NCBI GenBank assembly: GCA_964016885.1
Contig: OZ024741.1
Coordinates: 225,618,001 to 225,682,000 of the forward strand
Reading direction: 5' to 3'
Length of the DNA stretch: 64,000 nucleotides
Origin: Eledone cirrhosa
Lineage: Eukaryota
Part shown: positions 12,948 to 27,175 of the stretch, piece by piece
Position numbering within the stretch: the first letter of the stretch is position 1
How the letters are laid out: each line of letters opens with the position of its first letter
Made by a program: the position numbers and the translations under genes
Notes under the pieces: model-generated
Databases searched by the model: none
What the model saw: the letters and a program-made list of their open reading frames with translations, nothing else
Told to the model about the DNA's origin: nothing

Positions 12948-15900
12948 TATATATGCAAAAGTTTTATTGAAAATTGTTGGGTTACAACGAGTAAATATTT
13001 TATAACTGATATAAAAGCACTCAACACTCAAATATAAAAGCACTCAACTTTTAATATGATATCCCAGAAATATATATAATGAAATAAATATGGTTTTATA
13101 AATATAGTTTCCATTTGTTTAATATCGTAAATCTACTCCAAAACTTGTTGAGTGCTTTTATATCAGTTATAAAATATTTACTCGTCGTAACCCAACAATT
13201 TTTAAATAAAACTTTTGCATATATTTTTCTCCAATACTGTTGAGCGCTTTATATTATAACTGAAAAAAAATGGAATTCTTTAAGATCTCTTCTTCTCTAA
13301 AAGACATACCTCTACCTAGAAACAAGGACTTTATTAAACAATTAATAGATAAATCAGACTCTTTTATAAGGAGAATCAGGTGGCGTGCATTCCACTTTGA
13401 TAAATCTAATATAAATGAAAATGTCTCAGACTTAGACAAAGTTTTCAAATCTAAAAAAAATCCACCCTCCAACAAACTTTTAATTGATTTTGAAAACGAT
13501 ATAATTTCTATCATACAAGGAGTCAAATTCAAGAGAAACTTCAAAGGCCAGGAATATCTGAAAAGCATTAAGGATAATATTGTGAGCTTAGAGAGAACAG
13601 AGAAGATCTTTGTGAAATCGGACAAAACCAACAACCTCTATGGAGTGGAAAAAGACATGTATAATGGCCTCATACTGAAAGAACTAAGGAAAAAGTACAA
13701 GGTAGCAGATAAGGCTGAACTTGAGAAAATGAATGTTGAGGCATCTTGTATAATGCATGAGTTGGAAATTGAGAACAAAACACAACCTTTCGTGCCCAGG
13801 AAACCCAAGATCAATATGAAAGATCACAAAAGAAATTTTGAAAATGACTTGCCAGTCAGATTGATTGCACCATCAAAATCTGACCTGGGTAAACTTAGCA
13901 AAAACATTCTAGACAGGGTGATACAGCAAATTAAAAAACTTGAATTGTTTACCTAACTTGAGCTTGTGGAAGGGAACTGGAGAGGTCATTGAGTGGTTTA
14001 AAGAAATTAAATATAACAATAATAATAAATTTATTCAACTAGATATTGCTAACTACTATTCATCTATTACCCCTAATCTACTAAATAAGGCACTAAATTA
14101 CGCATTCAAACATACAGACCTAACTAGCAAGGAAATGCACATTATATTATCGGCAAGGAAAACATTGATAGAATTTAATAACCAACTATGGACTAGGGCA
14201 GATAGAGATAATAATTTTGACATTACTATGGGATCATCAGACTCAGCTCAGGTAACGGACCTTGTGGGCCTATTTATAATTAATTCGCTGCATAGGAAAA
14301 TACCCGGTGTTACCGGAGGATTATATCGAGATGACATGCTTTTACTTATTGAAAATAATAACTCTGAACTAAATAGAAAAAGAAAACAAATTATACAATT
14401 TTTTAATTACCTTAATCTAAAAATAGAAATTGAGAATAACCATAGAATAGTCAATTTCCTAGATGTAACATTAAATCTCAACACATGTCTTCACTATCCA
14501 TTTCACAAGTTAAATGAAAACTTGAATTATGTAAGTTTTAGCTCTAATCACCCCCAGATCTGTCAAAAATACTATAGTGAACTCTGTTCAAAAACGTATT
14601 TCTAGAATCTCATCTAATAAAAATATTTTCGACGAAAAAGCCCAGTATTACAATGAAGCGTTAGCTAGAGCAGGATATAGTGATAAAATTATGTACATCG
14701 ATAATAGACAAACTAACCAAAATAACAACAATTTTAATTACGGTAACAACTTTAACAACTATAATAGAAAGCATTACAATAATTCCAAAAACCAGAAAAG
14801 AAATAGAACTAGAAATATAATATGGTTTGCTCCCCCCCCCCCCCCCCCCTTTCTCACTAAACATTAAAACCCACATCGCTAAACTATTTTTTAATGCTCT
14901 TGACAAACGCTTCCCTAGAACACATAAGTATCACTCAATTTTCAATAGACATACTATAAAATTAACATACTCGTCCACCAAAAATTTAGCACAAAATATT
15001 AATAGAATAAATAATAGGAATCTAAAACCTAGCCAAAATACCGAAAATAGCCTAAACAATATTCAAGTAAACAACTGTAACTGTAGAGATAGATCTAAAT
15101 GTACGCTAAATAACAATTGCTTAGTTAAAAATATAATATACAACTGTAATGTTAAAACTGACTTAAATTCTTTTAATTACGTTGGTTCCACCTCGACAGA
15201 ATTTAAACTTCGCTATAATAATCACAAGAATTCTTTCACGGATCCAAATAAAAAATCTTCAACATCACTATCAGGCTTACTCTGGCAACTTAAACATGAT
15301 AACGTTGGATATTCGATGGTTTGGAATATAGTCTCAAAAGGGATTCCTTTTAATTCCTCTTCTGAGACATGTGACCTCTGCGCGGAGGAGATATTTTTTA
15401 TACTAAAATCTAAAAATTCCCTTAATTTACGGACCAATTTATTCAGCTGCTGCAGACATAGATTGAACTCAACTTTTAAATATAAATATAAATTTAAAAT
15501 GTAGTATATTTACTTAAGATATTTAACTATTTATGAAACTTGGCGATAAATCTTTCGATTCCTTCAAATTTTTAAAACCTTCTTCATGAGTATATAATTA
15601 ATGAGATTAATTAAACTACCCTAAAATGGGGATGCTCCCAATCTATTGAATAAATTTTTAAGATAGATAAACATTTATAATAAATATAAGAGCATTTGTA
15701 GAACAACTGGGTATCCATAAATTTTTTTGAATGATTTCTGCTAAATAAGTTTTGTTGAATAATTTTGGTTTTGTTTGCTTTTGATTCTGATTGCTTCTAA
15801 TGAACTTGACAATATATTGTCAAATAAATTGGAAGGGTGGTTTTCTGTGGTTGATATGCGCGGCATACTATGTTTTCTTACGTCCCTAGATACTCTGGGG

Positions 15901-16616
15901 AGTGATGAAAATATTCTTGGCGTTTTTAATATATTGATATCTGTTGTCTATTCTATGCTTGAACGATAATCATGTAAGTGAGGGCAAGAATATTATTATT
16001 AATATTAATGTATATTTTATGTTTATATATATATGTATGTACATATATGTATGGTGGAATCTTTTGTAACGCAATGAAGATTTTCATGAAAAATAAGAAT
16101 TTACAGAGCCGATCACGTAAATTCACATGTGTGTCTATAATTGTCAACTTGAATTTGAGATAACCTTCTCTTTTCTCTTTTTTTTTTCATGAAAATACAT
16201 ATATACTTATGTATTTCAGTATTTTTGAAGTTTTATCTCAGATTTTGATTATAAACCTAAGAATTTTTAAACTAAACATAGGGTCATTATTTTTTCATTT
16301 TTTCACACATTATTGATATGTGTCTCATTCATGAATATTGATATTTACATTATAATACCTAATTCATATGAATTGATAATTCAAATGGATGAAACATAAT
16401 ATTTTAAATCTATCATCTTTCTTTCTGAATATATCTATTTCTTCTCCTCTTCCCTCTACACTTGACGGGATTTATGTATCGGCTGATTTAACTGTATCTC
16501 TCCCACCTCGTATGATAGATATTACTCGATCTACCTCTTCTCTCCCACCACCTATATCTCTCTCTACCTCTCTGTATTTTTATTTTTATTTCTCTCCGTA
16601 TCCTTAACACTATAAC

Positions 16617-16649
<33 letters not shown>

Positions 16650-17122
16650 ACAGTACCCCCTTCCCTCCTTAATCTCTCATTTGTACGTTGTTCATCTGTG
16701 CCCAAGCTGCCTATCATTTTTCACTTCCTCAATATATTTCTCTCTCCCATATCTCTTTCTCTCTCTATCTCGCTCTGTTGTTTTTTCTTTACATACATCT
16801 CTTCAGCTCTTCGTCTTCATCTCTAACTGTCCTTAGCACTATACACTTTCTTTCTTCTTATCTTCGTCCTTAGCACTATACACTTTCCTTCTTTTTTCTC
16901 TTCGTCTTTCTTTCTAAGTGTCCTTAACATTTTCACTACCAAATCAACTTTTTAAATGGAAGTTGTAATGTTTAAGGTATGTCAAATTTATTTATAAAAC
17001 GGTTTATATATTGTATTTTGTCTGAGGAAGGCATACCATATTTTTAATATGATATCCCTGAAATATATATAATGAAATAAATATGGTTTTATAAATATAG
17101 TTTCCATTTGTTTAATATCGTA
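12948..17122 (+). mobile_element. Near full-length Penelope-like element (RT + C-terminal GIY-YIG, 3 frameshifts) with direct pLTR and 5' inversion
   Basis: ORFs 13270-15504: SLKDIPLP..RWRAFHF, PVRLI, FIQLDIANYYSSI, GGLYRDD, CNCRDRSKC, IIYNC..YVGST..FKLRYNNH. 13049-13129 repeats at 17042-17122; 12948-13025 is the inverse of 13147-13224. Confidence 0.95.
17013..17079 (+). ncRNA. Minimal type I hammerhead ribozyme in the 3' pLTR of the PLE
   Basis: TATTTTGT-CTGAGGA-AGG..catat/atatg..CCT-GAAA-TATATA-T-A-ATGAAATA; palindromic stem III. Confidence 0.75.
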
Positions 17123-17228
17123 TATATATTTATATATACATATATATAAAAAAACAAAATTTGTTTTCGTTCTTAACGTGGTGGATACTTAAATGTATTA
17201 ATATATTGGTGAGTGAATAATAATAATT

Positions 17229-17416
17229 ATTTCTATTTTTGGCACAAGGCCAGCAATTATGCCAGTGTATTACTGGTACTTCATTTTATCGACCCCGTAA
17301 GGATGAAAGGCAAAGTTAACCTCGGCGGGATTTGAACTCAGACCATAAAGGGCCGTAACTCTTTGCTGCTAAGCATGGCGTCCGATCCTCTACCGATACT
17401 GCCAATCCACTACCCT
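17229..17416 (-). mobile_element. SINE family A
   Basis: Consensus match. Confidence 0.85.
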
Positions 17417-17611
17417 CGTGAATAATAATAATAATAATATCTTTATATTATCATAATATCATTAACATTCTGATTGTTTTCAAGTAAACATTCTCATCAA
17501 ACACCACGTAGTACATGAACAACGTCATCCTTTTGTTCCAGCGGTAACTGAGAGAAAACAATCGACAATAGACAATTATTTCGGAGTGTCTTGCTCTTGG
17601 TCAATATTGTG

Positions 17612-17793
17612 TGTGGATTGGCAGTATCGGTAGAGGGTCGGACGCCATGCTTTCCAGCATACTTACGTCCCTTTACAATCTGAGTTCAAATCCCGCCGAG
17701 GTTGACTTTGCCTCTCATCCTTACGGGGTCGATAAAATAAAGTACCAGTAATGAACTGGGTTATTGCTGGCCTTGTGCCTAAAGTAGAAACAA
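17612..17793 (+). mobile_element. SINE family A
   Basis: Consensus match with A box (tggcagtatcgg) and B box (gagttcaaatcc). Confidence 0.88.
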
Positions 17794-18307
17794 ATATTGT
17801 GTACTCTGCTCGTTAACTACCCTCTGGAACGGCTGAGAATATACATAGTATTCTCAAATGTATACATCGGTTGATTAGTTTCATTTGCATACCGAGCGAT
17901 TTTACGGCTGATTTTGCCGAAAATTAAAAAGCAAAATTTGATATTTTTGTTTTGAAGTTGGTTAGCAGGAACGTTGTTATGGGGTGCCATGTTGTGTTGG
18001 TGTTGCTTTCGATTGTAGCAATTTTCCAGTCCCATATCAGTATGTTGTTATTTCTTCTTGTTTTGTTTTGTGTTATTTGTATTTTCATATCGAATAGCTA
18101 TCCATGGATAACTCTGTGGTTTCTATTAACATTTTAACTTTCGTTTTAGTATCAAAGCTGAGTTAGCCCCTCTGAAGACGGTTAAAGAAATGGCCGTTGG
18201 GGTGCTCTCTCTTGCTAAGGACCAGTGGTGAAATTCACCAATTCTAAAATCCAAGGCTCTAAAAGATGTTTATTTCCATGAACATTTCATATATCCAATT
18301 CCAGTCT

Positions 18308-18600
<293 letters not shown>

Positions 18601-18887
18601 GTGTTATTCTCGTTATGGCTGCTAAAAATCAACAGAATTTTGTCATATTAAATCAAGCATTGAGTAGTAAACACCAGAAATACCTCATCAACGAACCACA
18701 TTGTCATTCAAATACACACACACACTCACACAACAACCACACACAACCACACACATACACATACACGCGCGCACAAACTCTTTCTTTCTTTATCTGTGTC
18801 TCTCTCTCACCCACACACGCACACAACCTTTCTCTCTCTCTCCCTCTCTCACACACACAGAGCATATATTTACTTTGATATTCTTAC

Positions 18888-18986
18888 CTCAATCATTAGT
18901 GTGGGCATTAAACCAACGGCGCCCATATATATACTTCCAATAGTTTTTATTTTGTCTATGGCACAAAACCGGGGTTCTGTCAGGAG
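18888..18986 (-). CDS. ADCY: Adenylate cyclase exon (LLTEPRFCAIDKIKTIGSIYMGAVGLMPTLMIE), not in the ORF track
   Basis: Manual reverse translation gives the KIKTIGS.YM motif with the adenine-specifying Lys. tattttgcag acceptor and gtaaga donor; 99 bp, phase 0/0. Confidence 0.96.
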
Positions 18987-19100
18987 CTGCAAAATATGAA
19001 ACAAAAATAATATGGTCCATAAGAACAAATTTCAAATATTCATTTTTAATTTAGGCACAAGGCCAGCAAATGTCAGGGCAATGTAAAGTTAGTAATTTAA

Positions 19101-19320
19101 CCCTTTAGCATTTACATTACTCTATGTTTACTATTATATTTCCACAGTAAAGTTTTTACCTCTCATAATTATCTCACATCATACCAAATCTATGAACTTC
19201 GATATTATTTATTTTGAGAAAAATACCTCAACATCAGTATGAGCGGCCGGTTACGAACGGTTTGGACAGAAAGAGGTAAGAGAATTCTGGTCAGATACGG
19301 CCGGTTTAAATGGCAAAAGA
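19101..19320. mobile_element. piggyBac-like MITE inserted in a degenerate family A SINE (19045-19452)
   Basis: TTAA-ccctttagcattta ... taaatggcaaaaga-TTAA (right TIR degenerate); the SINE halves resume on both sides. Confidence 0.55.
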
Positions 19321-20015
19321 TTAACTCTAATATTTGACTGCTACTCCCCTTTATCGACCTCGGTAGGATAAAAGGCAAGGTTGATCTCGGTGGGCTTTGT
19401 ATTCAGAATATAAAAAGCCAGAACATATACCACAATAGCGTTTTATCCGACACTTTCTTACTAAAGAACACACGTGGATAGGGTGTTTAGAATTTGGCAA
19501 GTAACATGTCACTCTTAGTTGGCAGCTTTCTGTGATTTCGACAGGGAAATATATAATCTAAGGTCCCTTAGCAGGCGATTGTTCTTAAGTTATTAACAAG
19601 TTTTGATTCAAATAAAACGACATGGTCCTGTCGATTTTGATTTAACTCGGAGCTCACTCAACAGCAAACATCTACCATCGCCGACGCTGCCATCACCACC
19701 TCTGTCAATGAGTGAGTTACTTTTCGCTGCGTTTAACCGTGGCTGTCATCGAGCTCATACAAAACTGGTACAGTCCCTAGCCAAAGGTGAACTGTAAGCC
19801 CCTAAAGCTGGTAATAGGCCCAGGACAGATGAAAAGTATTGTCCCGAAAAGCTCTAGTTAAAAGTGAAATGTATGGCCTCCTCAAAGTTGCTAATAGACC
19901 GAGGCCAGACGTAAAATGCAAGCGCTAATTTAATCTGATCCTTATGCATTTTAGTAATCAGCGATAAATACATATAACGTATGTGTGGGTTACGGTTGTA
20001 TACATGTACATATAA

Positions 20016-20440
20016 TTGTTTCTACTTTTGGCACAAGGCCATCAATTACCTCAGTAAATTACTGGTACTTTATTTTATCGGACCCGGTAAGGATGAAAGG
20101 CAAAGTTAACCTTGGCGGGATTTGAGCTCAGAATGTAAAGGGCCATAACTCTGTGCTACAAAGCATGGTGTCTGATACTCTACCGATACTGCCAATCCAT
20201 CGTGTATTTACAAGTGAGAGAACAGAATAAAAGAACCACAACTTAAGGGAGATTATGCCCCACTTAAAAATAATTGTTTCTACTTTTGGCACAAGGCCAG
20301 CAATTATTCCAATGCATTACTGGTGCTTTATTTTATCGACCTCGTAAGGATGAAAAGCAAAGTTAACCTCGGCGGGATTTGAACTCATACAGTAAAGGAC
20401 CTTAACTCTATGTTGCAAAGCATGGCGCCCGACTCTCTGA
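20016..20440 (-). mobile_element. Two family A SINE copies (20016-20200, 20274-20440)
   Basis: Consensus matches. Confidence 0.85.
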
Positions 20441-21169
20441 AGCCTCTATCCACCTACCCCGTCTGTCCCTGTCATTGCCATTTCTTGTCAAGCCTGGTGG
20501 TTGTCGTCGGAAGGTGTACTCTACCTAAACAGAGTATATTAGCAGGTCAGCCATGTTTCATAAAATAGATTCCCCAACTGCTCTTGAAAGCACAGAAGAC
20601 GAAAGACTAATCCATTTCATTTAGAAGTTAAATAAGTAATCTTTGCGTTATGAGATTTACACGTTGCCAGAAACACTCAGAAATGAAATTATCAAACAAT
20701 AGCATTTGATGTAATGAAATCACAAGAATTTGACGAGACAAGTCTTCTTATGTTTGTGTGCTTTGGTTTGTTTGTTAATATTCGTTTGTATGACATATGT
20801 CTTTGTAGATCTGTGTGTTTGCGTCTTTATTTGTCGGCATTTATGTGCTAACTCTGTGTGTGTCTTTGTGTCTGTGTGTATATATGAATGTCTGTCTTGG
20901 CGTGTGTTTATGTGTGTGTGTTTGGTATGTGTGCATAAGTGCGTATAGTTGTGTGTCAATCTACGTGCGAGTATATATGTGTATTTACGTTATGTGCGCG
21001 TCTGTGTGTTTATGTTTGTGTGAACAAAATTAAATTCAATGACAACAAAGAGTAGACACTAATAAATGAGATATGTTAGTCTGCAATGGAAATAAATATT
21101 TAAGAAACGTCTTAACAGAGTAAACAGAGAGAAGGTAGACTAGTAATATATTTATGTCTGCCGCCACTT

Positions 21170-21580
21170 ATCTTTTATTCTACTTTCAGATGACGGTCAC
21201 TGTCAGAAACGTTAGAAAATATATATAAGATATAACAATAGTCTCTAAATATTGACTGTCTCTTCTTATCTAATATTCTACTCTTTTTAAATATCCGTCG
21301 TTGATGAAGGCCTTTATCATAGGAAAGGTCTGACATTAGTTTATAAATATATATTTATTGAATCTCTCTTCACCATATCTTTTATTCTCCTTTTTCTATT
21401 CAAGTTTGATAAAGGCTTCTGTCAGAAACATTGGAAGTGAGACGAGAGAGAGATAGAGGGGGGAGGGAGAGATAATGTACATTGTAAATATATATTTTAC
21501 TTATCTCTTGTTAAGTATTATTTTATTTGTTCTATTTTACGGTGACAAAGGACACTGTGAGAAAAGTTAGAAGAGAGAGA
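21170..21580 (+). repeat. Degenerate ~115-125-bp tandem units carrying hammerhead-like boxes (continues at 24030-24195)
   Basis: Recurrent (c/t)tgatgaagg...ctgtcagaaacgttagaa in 4 units here and 2 units at 24030-24195. Confidence 0.5.
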
Positions 21581-21583
21581 AGA

Positions 21584-21652
<69 letters not shown>

Positions 21653-21653
21653 C

Positions 21654-21689
<36 letters not shown>

Positions 21690-21691
21690 TA

Positions 21692-22631
21692 CTAGCAGTG
21701 GTACCCGGAGTTGCACGGGAAAAGGTATTTTGGAACGCGGGCCGCCAACAGACCTAATCGTGGAAAAATTGCATGCCTGGACAATATGTAAAGAAAATAA
21801 ACCGAATACTCTGATGGCTGGATAATCTTTAAGATTTTACTCGATGAAGCAGGAACAATGCAGGTTTTCACCTAATGCGGGTCCTAGGGGATCAAGATAA
21901 TGAATTTTTTTATGTGCATAATATGCCTTGAAATTTCGGGAAAAAACGGCTAGAAAAAAACGGCCTCAAAAAAGCCCTAAAAAGCTGAAAGAATGAAGTT
22001 TTTAACCTAATGCGGGCCTTAGGCCATAAAAAAGTTGGATTTTCTTTGCTCACGGTATGAAGAAGAGACTGACTAATACATAGTTACAATTTCAAGGAAA
22101 TCGCTCTGACGTAACGACTAAAAAAACCCCTAAAAAGCTTAAAAACGCAGTTTTTAACTTAATGCGGGCCCTAGGAGTTCAAAAAGTTGAATTCTTTATG
22201 TGCATAACACTCCCTGAAACATAAGTAATACACATGTAAAGTTTTTAAAAAGTCGGTTGGGTACTTCTCGAGTTTTAGGGATTCAAACTCACAAACACAC
22301 ACAGACAGACAGACAGACATCCTCAGGGAAGTGACGTAATGCAGACAGCTAGACATACAGACAGATATTATAAGGGCGCGACGTTATATGTATGTGTCTA
22401 TCTAAAAAGAGAAAGACTTAGAATTATAGAGAGGAGATCGTTGAATCGCCTAATGCGGTTCCTAAGGCATTGGAAATTTGAAACTGTTTTGGGTCACAAC
22501 ACTCCCTGAAACATAAGTACTACATGTGTACAGTTTGAAAACAGTCGGTTTTGTGTTTCTCGAGTTTTAGGGATTCAAACTCACACACACACACACACAC
22601 AGGCATACATCCTCAGTTTTATATATATAGA
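21692..22631 (-). mobile_element. Non-autonomous Helitron
   Basis: Minus strand: 5' TCTATATATATAAAA, 3' hairpin CCCG(tgcaactc)CGGG then CTAG, inserted between A and T; internal repeats taatgcgggtcctagg x4. Confidence 0.85.
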
Positions 22632-22647
22632 TTATATATATACATAT

Positions 22648-22851
22648 AACAAAGAACAAAAAGGGTGTGATAAGATACCAGGTGGACCATAACGCACCAG
22701 AGTACTCAATATTTAGGGTAGTAGAGTGGGTAATAGGAAAGAGTCAGGACCCCGACGGCTGGGCTCCGGCCGTTTCGACAGCTAGATCCGAACCGTTCGG
22801 ATCTACCTGTCGAAACGGCCGGAGCCCAGCCTTCGGGGTCCTGACACTTTT

Positions 22852-22856
<5 letters not shown>
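22648..22856 (-). mobile_element. Short fold-back element (hairpin 22733-22856 + tail) carrying the 3' half of a hammerhead
   Basis: ~60-bp inverted arms; GAAACGGC..GCCGTC-GGGGTC; homologous to 59101-59296; next to (TA)n. Confidence 0.75.
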
Positions 22857-22925
<69 letters not shown>

Positions 22926-22928
<3 letters not shown>

Positions 22929-23132
22929 TATTCTATTCTAAAGCGGGTAAAATTCCCGAGATCCATGGACGAGTTCTCTCCAGCGGTCTCTGTCCCTCAT
23001 TATCGCTGCCATGTCTTGCGTCTCCAACAGACCAGTGTCGGTCCTTAGGGCATCAACATACGTTAACCTTGGTCTTCCTCTTCTAGTGTGTCCATGTAGC
23101 GGCTCCCAAAGGAGCACTGAGTGCAATGTCAA
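22926..23132 (-). mobile_element. RTE-X-like LINE 3' fragment with (TAGAA)n tail
   Basis: VLLWEPLHGHTRRGRPRLTYVDAL..DTGL...MRDRDRWRELV, a typical RTE C-terminus. Confidence 0.75.
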
Positions 23133-23370
23133 CTATATATATAATTCACAATGTCAATTATATATATAATTCACTTAATCAAAGGTTCCACCGGGTAGAA
23201 TGCTAGTAAAGCCAACAAATACAAGAGAGCTTCACTCCCATCTAGTTTCTAACTGCCGTCTCTAAAATCAAGAAATAATATTGACCATCTTAATATATTA
23301 AGGCAAACAATATTGGAAGAAGATTCTTTCATCAGACGGTTTCTTTGGAAGTATAAGCAAATAAATAATG

Positions 23371-23586
23371 ATTTCTTATATAGGCACAAGGTCAGCAATT
23401 TTGGGGAAGGGGAAAGTCGATTAAATCGACCCCAGTGCGTGACTGGTAATTTATTTTATCGACCCCGTAAGGATGAAAGGTAAAGTTAACCCCGGCGGGA
23501 TTTGAACTCAGATCATAAAGGGCCGTAACTCTATGCTACAGAGCATGGCATCCGACCCTCTATCGATACTGTCAATCCACCGCCCT
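23371..23586 (-). mobile_element. SINE family A
   Basis: Full-length consensus match. Confidence 0.88.
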
Positions 23587-23631
23587 ATAAACAAATAAAT
23601 AATATTTACCTGTTAGTAAACAGAATCATTA

Positions 23632-23733
<102 letters not shown>

Positions 23734-24675
23734 TATTACACTATAGATGTATTCACATTTTGCGTCCCCGTGACCTTTACTCTTGTTTTTAACTGAAGAA
23801 CCAATGCATTTATTCTCATTTAAACAATGACTATATTTTCTTTTGGGGGCATCTTGAAGGGGGATAGGCTTCGCCAGGTTTAAAATGTCAAAGAAACGCC
23901 GTATGTCAATATGGTACCTCTACGCCTCTATAAGGAGTTACGGGACCACACCATACATACCATTACCATATCATATATATTTAACACATAATTATTTACT
24001 ATATTGATTTTCTATCCTATCTAGTACTCTCTTTTCTATATTTTCCGCTGATGAAGTCTTCTTTCAGAAACGATATAGAAAAGAAAGACCGTATACTTTA
24101 AATATATATTTATCAACCCGCTTTACTTCTCTATGACTCTATTTGTGTTTTTTATCGGCTGATGAAGACCTTTCTTTCAGAAACGTTCGAAAAACATTTG
24201 TCTTCATCGAGAATCTGACAACAGAGTTAAATGTTTGTTTCTGCTTTTCATTCAAATACATCTGAGAATTATTAATGATTAGTGAGAAATTGTCACGGAC
24301 ACACATTGATTATGGTTGTCACACAGTAAAAGGTTTTCCAGTTAAATATAACAACTCCGTCATCACAAAAAATAATAAAATAAATGAAAAGCAAAAACAA
24401 AAGTCAATGATTTTTGGCAGCGGTTGGAGAATAAAAATAAATTAAAAATACAAAGATCTAAAGAAAAAATAAAGAAGTAAATATGATAAAATAAAAAGCC
24501 AAAATGCTATGAAATTGCAGTTGATTCATAGAATTAATTAGAACACATTACGAAACATTAACACAATTCTGTTCGGTTTCAACGTTGAAGAAAACAAGAA
24601 AGAACATGTACATTGCGGAATCTTTTCCCCAGCAAAATTGGTTCTATATATATATATATATATGTTTGTGTGTGT

Positions 24676-24714
<39 letters not shown>

Positions 24715-24804
24715 TGCGTGTGTGCGTGCGTGCGTGTGCGTGCGTGTGCGTGCGTGCGTGTGTGTGTGTATATATATGTACGCACGTAGTCATGTGTATA
24801 GTGT

Positions 24805-25260
24805 GAAGGCGCCTGGCTTAGTGGTTAGAGTGTTTGGCGCACGATCGTGAGGTTGTGAGTTCGATTCCCATGGAGGTGTTTTTTTTATTGTGCATGACAT
24901 ATTTCGATATATTACTCAGCTGTTTACTCAGCTGACAAAAATGAGATATACTTGTAATTTAAAGGGCCAGTCATACATACACGCATACACACATATATGT
25001 ACATATATTTACACACACACACATATATATATATATATATGTGGCTGTGTATGAAGACATGAGGCTTAGTGGTGAGAGAATTGATTTCAAAATCATGAGG
25101 TTCTGAGTTCGATTCTCGGGCCGGGTGATGTGTTGTGTCCTTGAGCTAGACACTTAATTTCACATTGCTCCAGTTCACAGAGCTGTAGAAACGAGTTGAA
25201 GCTGCATTTGACTTTCTCTTGGACAACATAGGTGGCTCAGAGAGTTGAAACTGGTATAGA
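24805..25260 (+). mobile_element. Two tRNA-derived SINEs, family B (24805-24970, 25052-25260)
   Basis: tggcttagtggttagag A box, gagttcgattcc B box, and a cttgagc.agacactt.atttcac.ttgctcc central domain. Confidence 0.7.
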
Positions 25261-25796
25261 TATGCACTCTCGTGCCTATGAATCTTCGAGAAATGGTCGT
25301 AGTAGTCTTTATCTATCTGTATACAAATACTAGACCACCCGTGACCCTTTGGGTCATGTTCACTTCAAAATATAAAAAAAAAAAATCATGTTCACTTAAA
25401 AATAATTTTTGAATAACTAAAATATACACAGACATGTATATAATGTGAAATTAAACAGGACGGCCCATACATATATACGTGAGTGTATGAATATATATAA
25501 ATGTGTGTGTTTGTATATATATATATATATGAAGTAAGAATATTTTCGAAACAGCGAGCGAGTTTGAAATTAGAAATATAAGCTATCGCCGTATTTTGAC
25601 TAAAGAAATTACTTAGCCTGATAGTGGGGTTAAGAACCCTCGGAGAAATGGAAAAAGAGGAGTATTGACGTACATGTACGTCAATACTCATTTCTTTAGT
25701 CAAAATACGGCGATAGTATATATATATATATATGTATGTGTGTGTATATGTATATATATATATGTGGGTGTCTGTGATCTATATACACTGGTCATA

Positions 25797-25863
<67 letters not shown>

Positions 25864-26379
25864 ACTCATATATATAAACGCAACAACACCACCATCTCTC
25901 TCTCTTTCATTCTCCTTCTCTGTCTCTTCTCCCTCTCTCTATGTCTCTCTTCCAATCAACCCACTCACAACCACCATCTCTTTCTCTCTATCCTTCTCTC
26001 TCTCTCTGTTTATGAAGGTACACAGAAAACCCCATATCTCGGGAACCCTTGCTTCGATTTACGAGAAACTTGTTTTATTCCATTTGTATTCCCATTTCAG
26101 GGGCAAGTTCCTTTCAAAATATTTTCCATTATGCGCCCTTTTGACTGTATTTCTTTACAGACAAGCAAGCAAGCAAACAATCACAGAATGTTAGTATTAT
26201 ATATACAGATATACTCAAGATAATGTATTAAGTGCTATTTTCTTTACTTTGAACACACTCTCGAATACCCATCCTTACACTACTTTCATGTCTCCCCTTT
26301 TTACATAGTATCCACTATTCTTTTTTTTTTGCCTGCATTCCCTTGTTTTTTGTTTTCACCTCGTACCTTATTCTTTTCT

Positions 26380-26418
26380 TTCAGTTCAGATGAAGGACTA
26401 ATGTCCGAAACGCAAAAC
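26380..26418 (+). ncRNA. Solo degenerate minimal hammerhead-like motif
   Basis: CAGATGA-a-GGAC taat GTCC-GAAAC-gc; U4 is changed to A and stem I is unclear. Confidence 0.4.
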
Positions 26419-26692
26419 ACAATCATATATTTCCTTCAAGCGTTGAAGTAATAAAATTTATCGTTTGTTCTACTTTTTAGTATTTTATGATTGTTGTTGA
26501 CTTTCACCAGACACGTGCATACACGCAGGCGCACAGGCATGCACATTCACATACAGACACATATATTCAGGTGTTGTTTATCTGCCTCTGTCTGTCACAC
26601 ACACACACACACACACACACACTCTCTCTCTCTCTTTCTCTCTCTCTCTCTATATATATATATTATATATATATATAATATATATATAATAT

Positions 26693-26762
<70 letters not shown>

Positions 26763-27175
26763 CATACACATATAAATAGGTGCATAGAAGTAACAGAAAT
26801 GACAGCTGTAGTAATATTTCCTTGTCTTCCTGGTTAATTGAATGATGAGATAGAAAATTACAAGATTCTATTCAGAGACAGAAACATTTTGATGTATATT
26901 TTTAGCCCACTGTGATAGCTAAAATAAATAAGGTAATATTATTGGAATCAATTCAATTGACTGTGCTCCTCTGAAACAAAATTGGCTTTGAGCCCAGTGA
27001 AAAGAAATTATCATTTACTAATAATCATGTCATGTTGCTGCCGACATATTTTTTTTAATTCACATATGCCACACTCTTGGTAACAACACCAGCCAATTTC
27101 TTCCACTAGAATATTCTTTAAATGGAGTTTAGGCCTCTCGGCGAGGCGTCAACGATAATAAAGCTTTGTTATTAC

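Noticed and set aside
10554-15504. Selenocysteine-recoding (Naiad-type) PLE
   Set aside because: The endonuclease is C-terminal and the breaks are mainly frameshifts, not in-frame UGA at Cys positions; no SECIS recognised.
18172-18200. Hammerhead at ctgaagacgg..ccg (also ctgatgaagg at 9522)
   Set aside because: No correctly placed GAAA, stem III or stem I.
19800-19920. Weak ~80-bp-spaced direct repeat
   Set aside because: Two short diverged copies with no further structure.
24805-24870. tRNA genes (also 43170-43235, 46610-46678 and family A heads)
   Set aside because: A/B boxes are present but continue into SINE bodies, and I could not close a cloverleaf.
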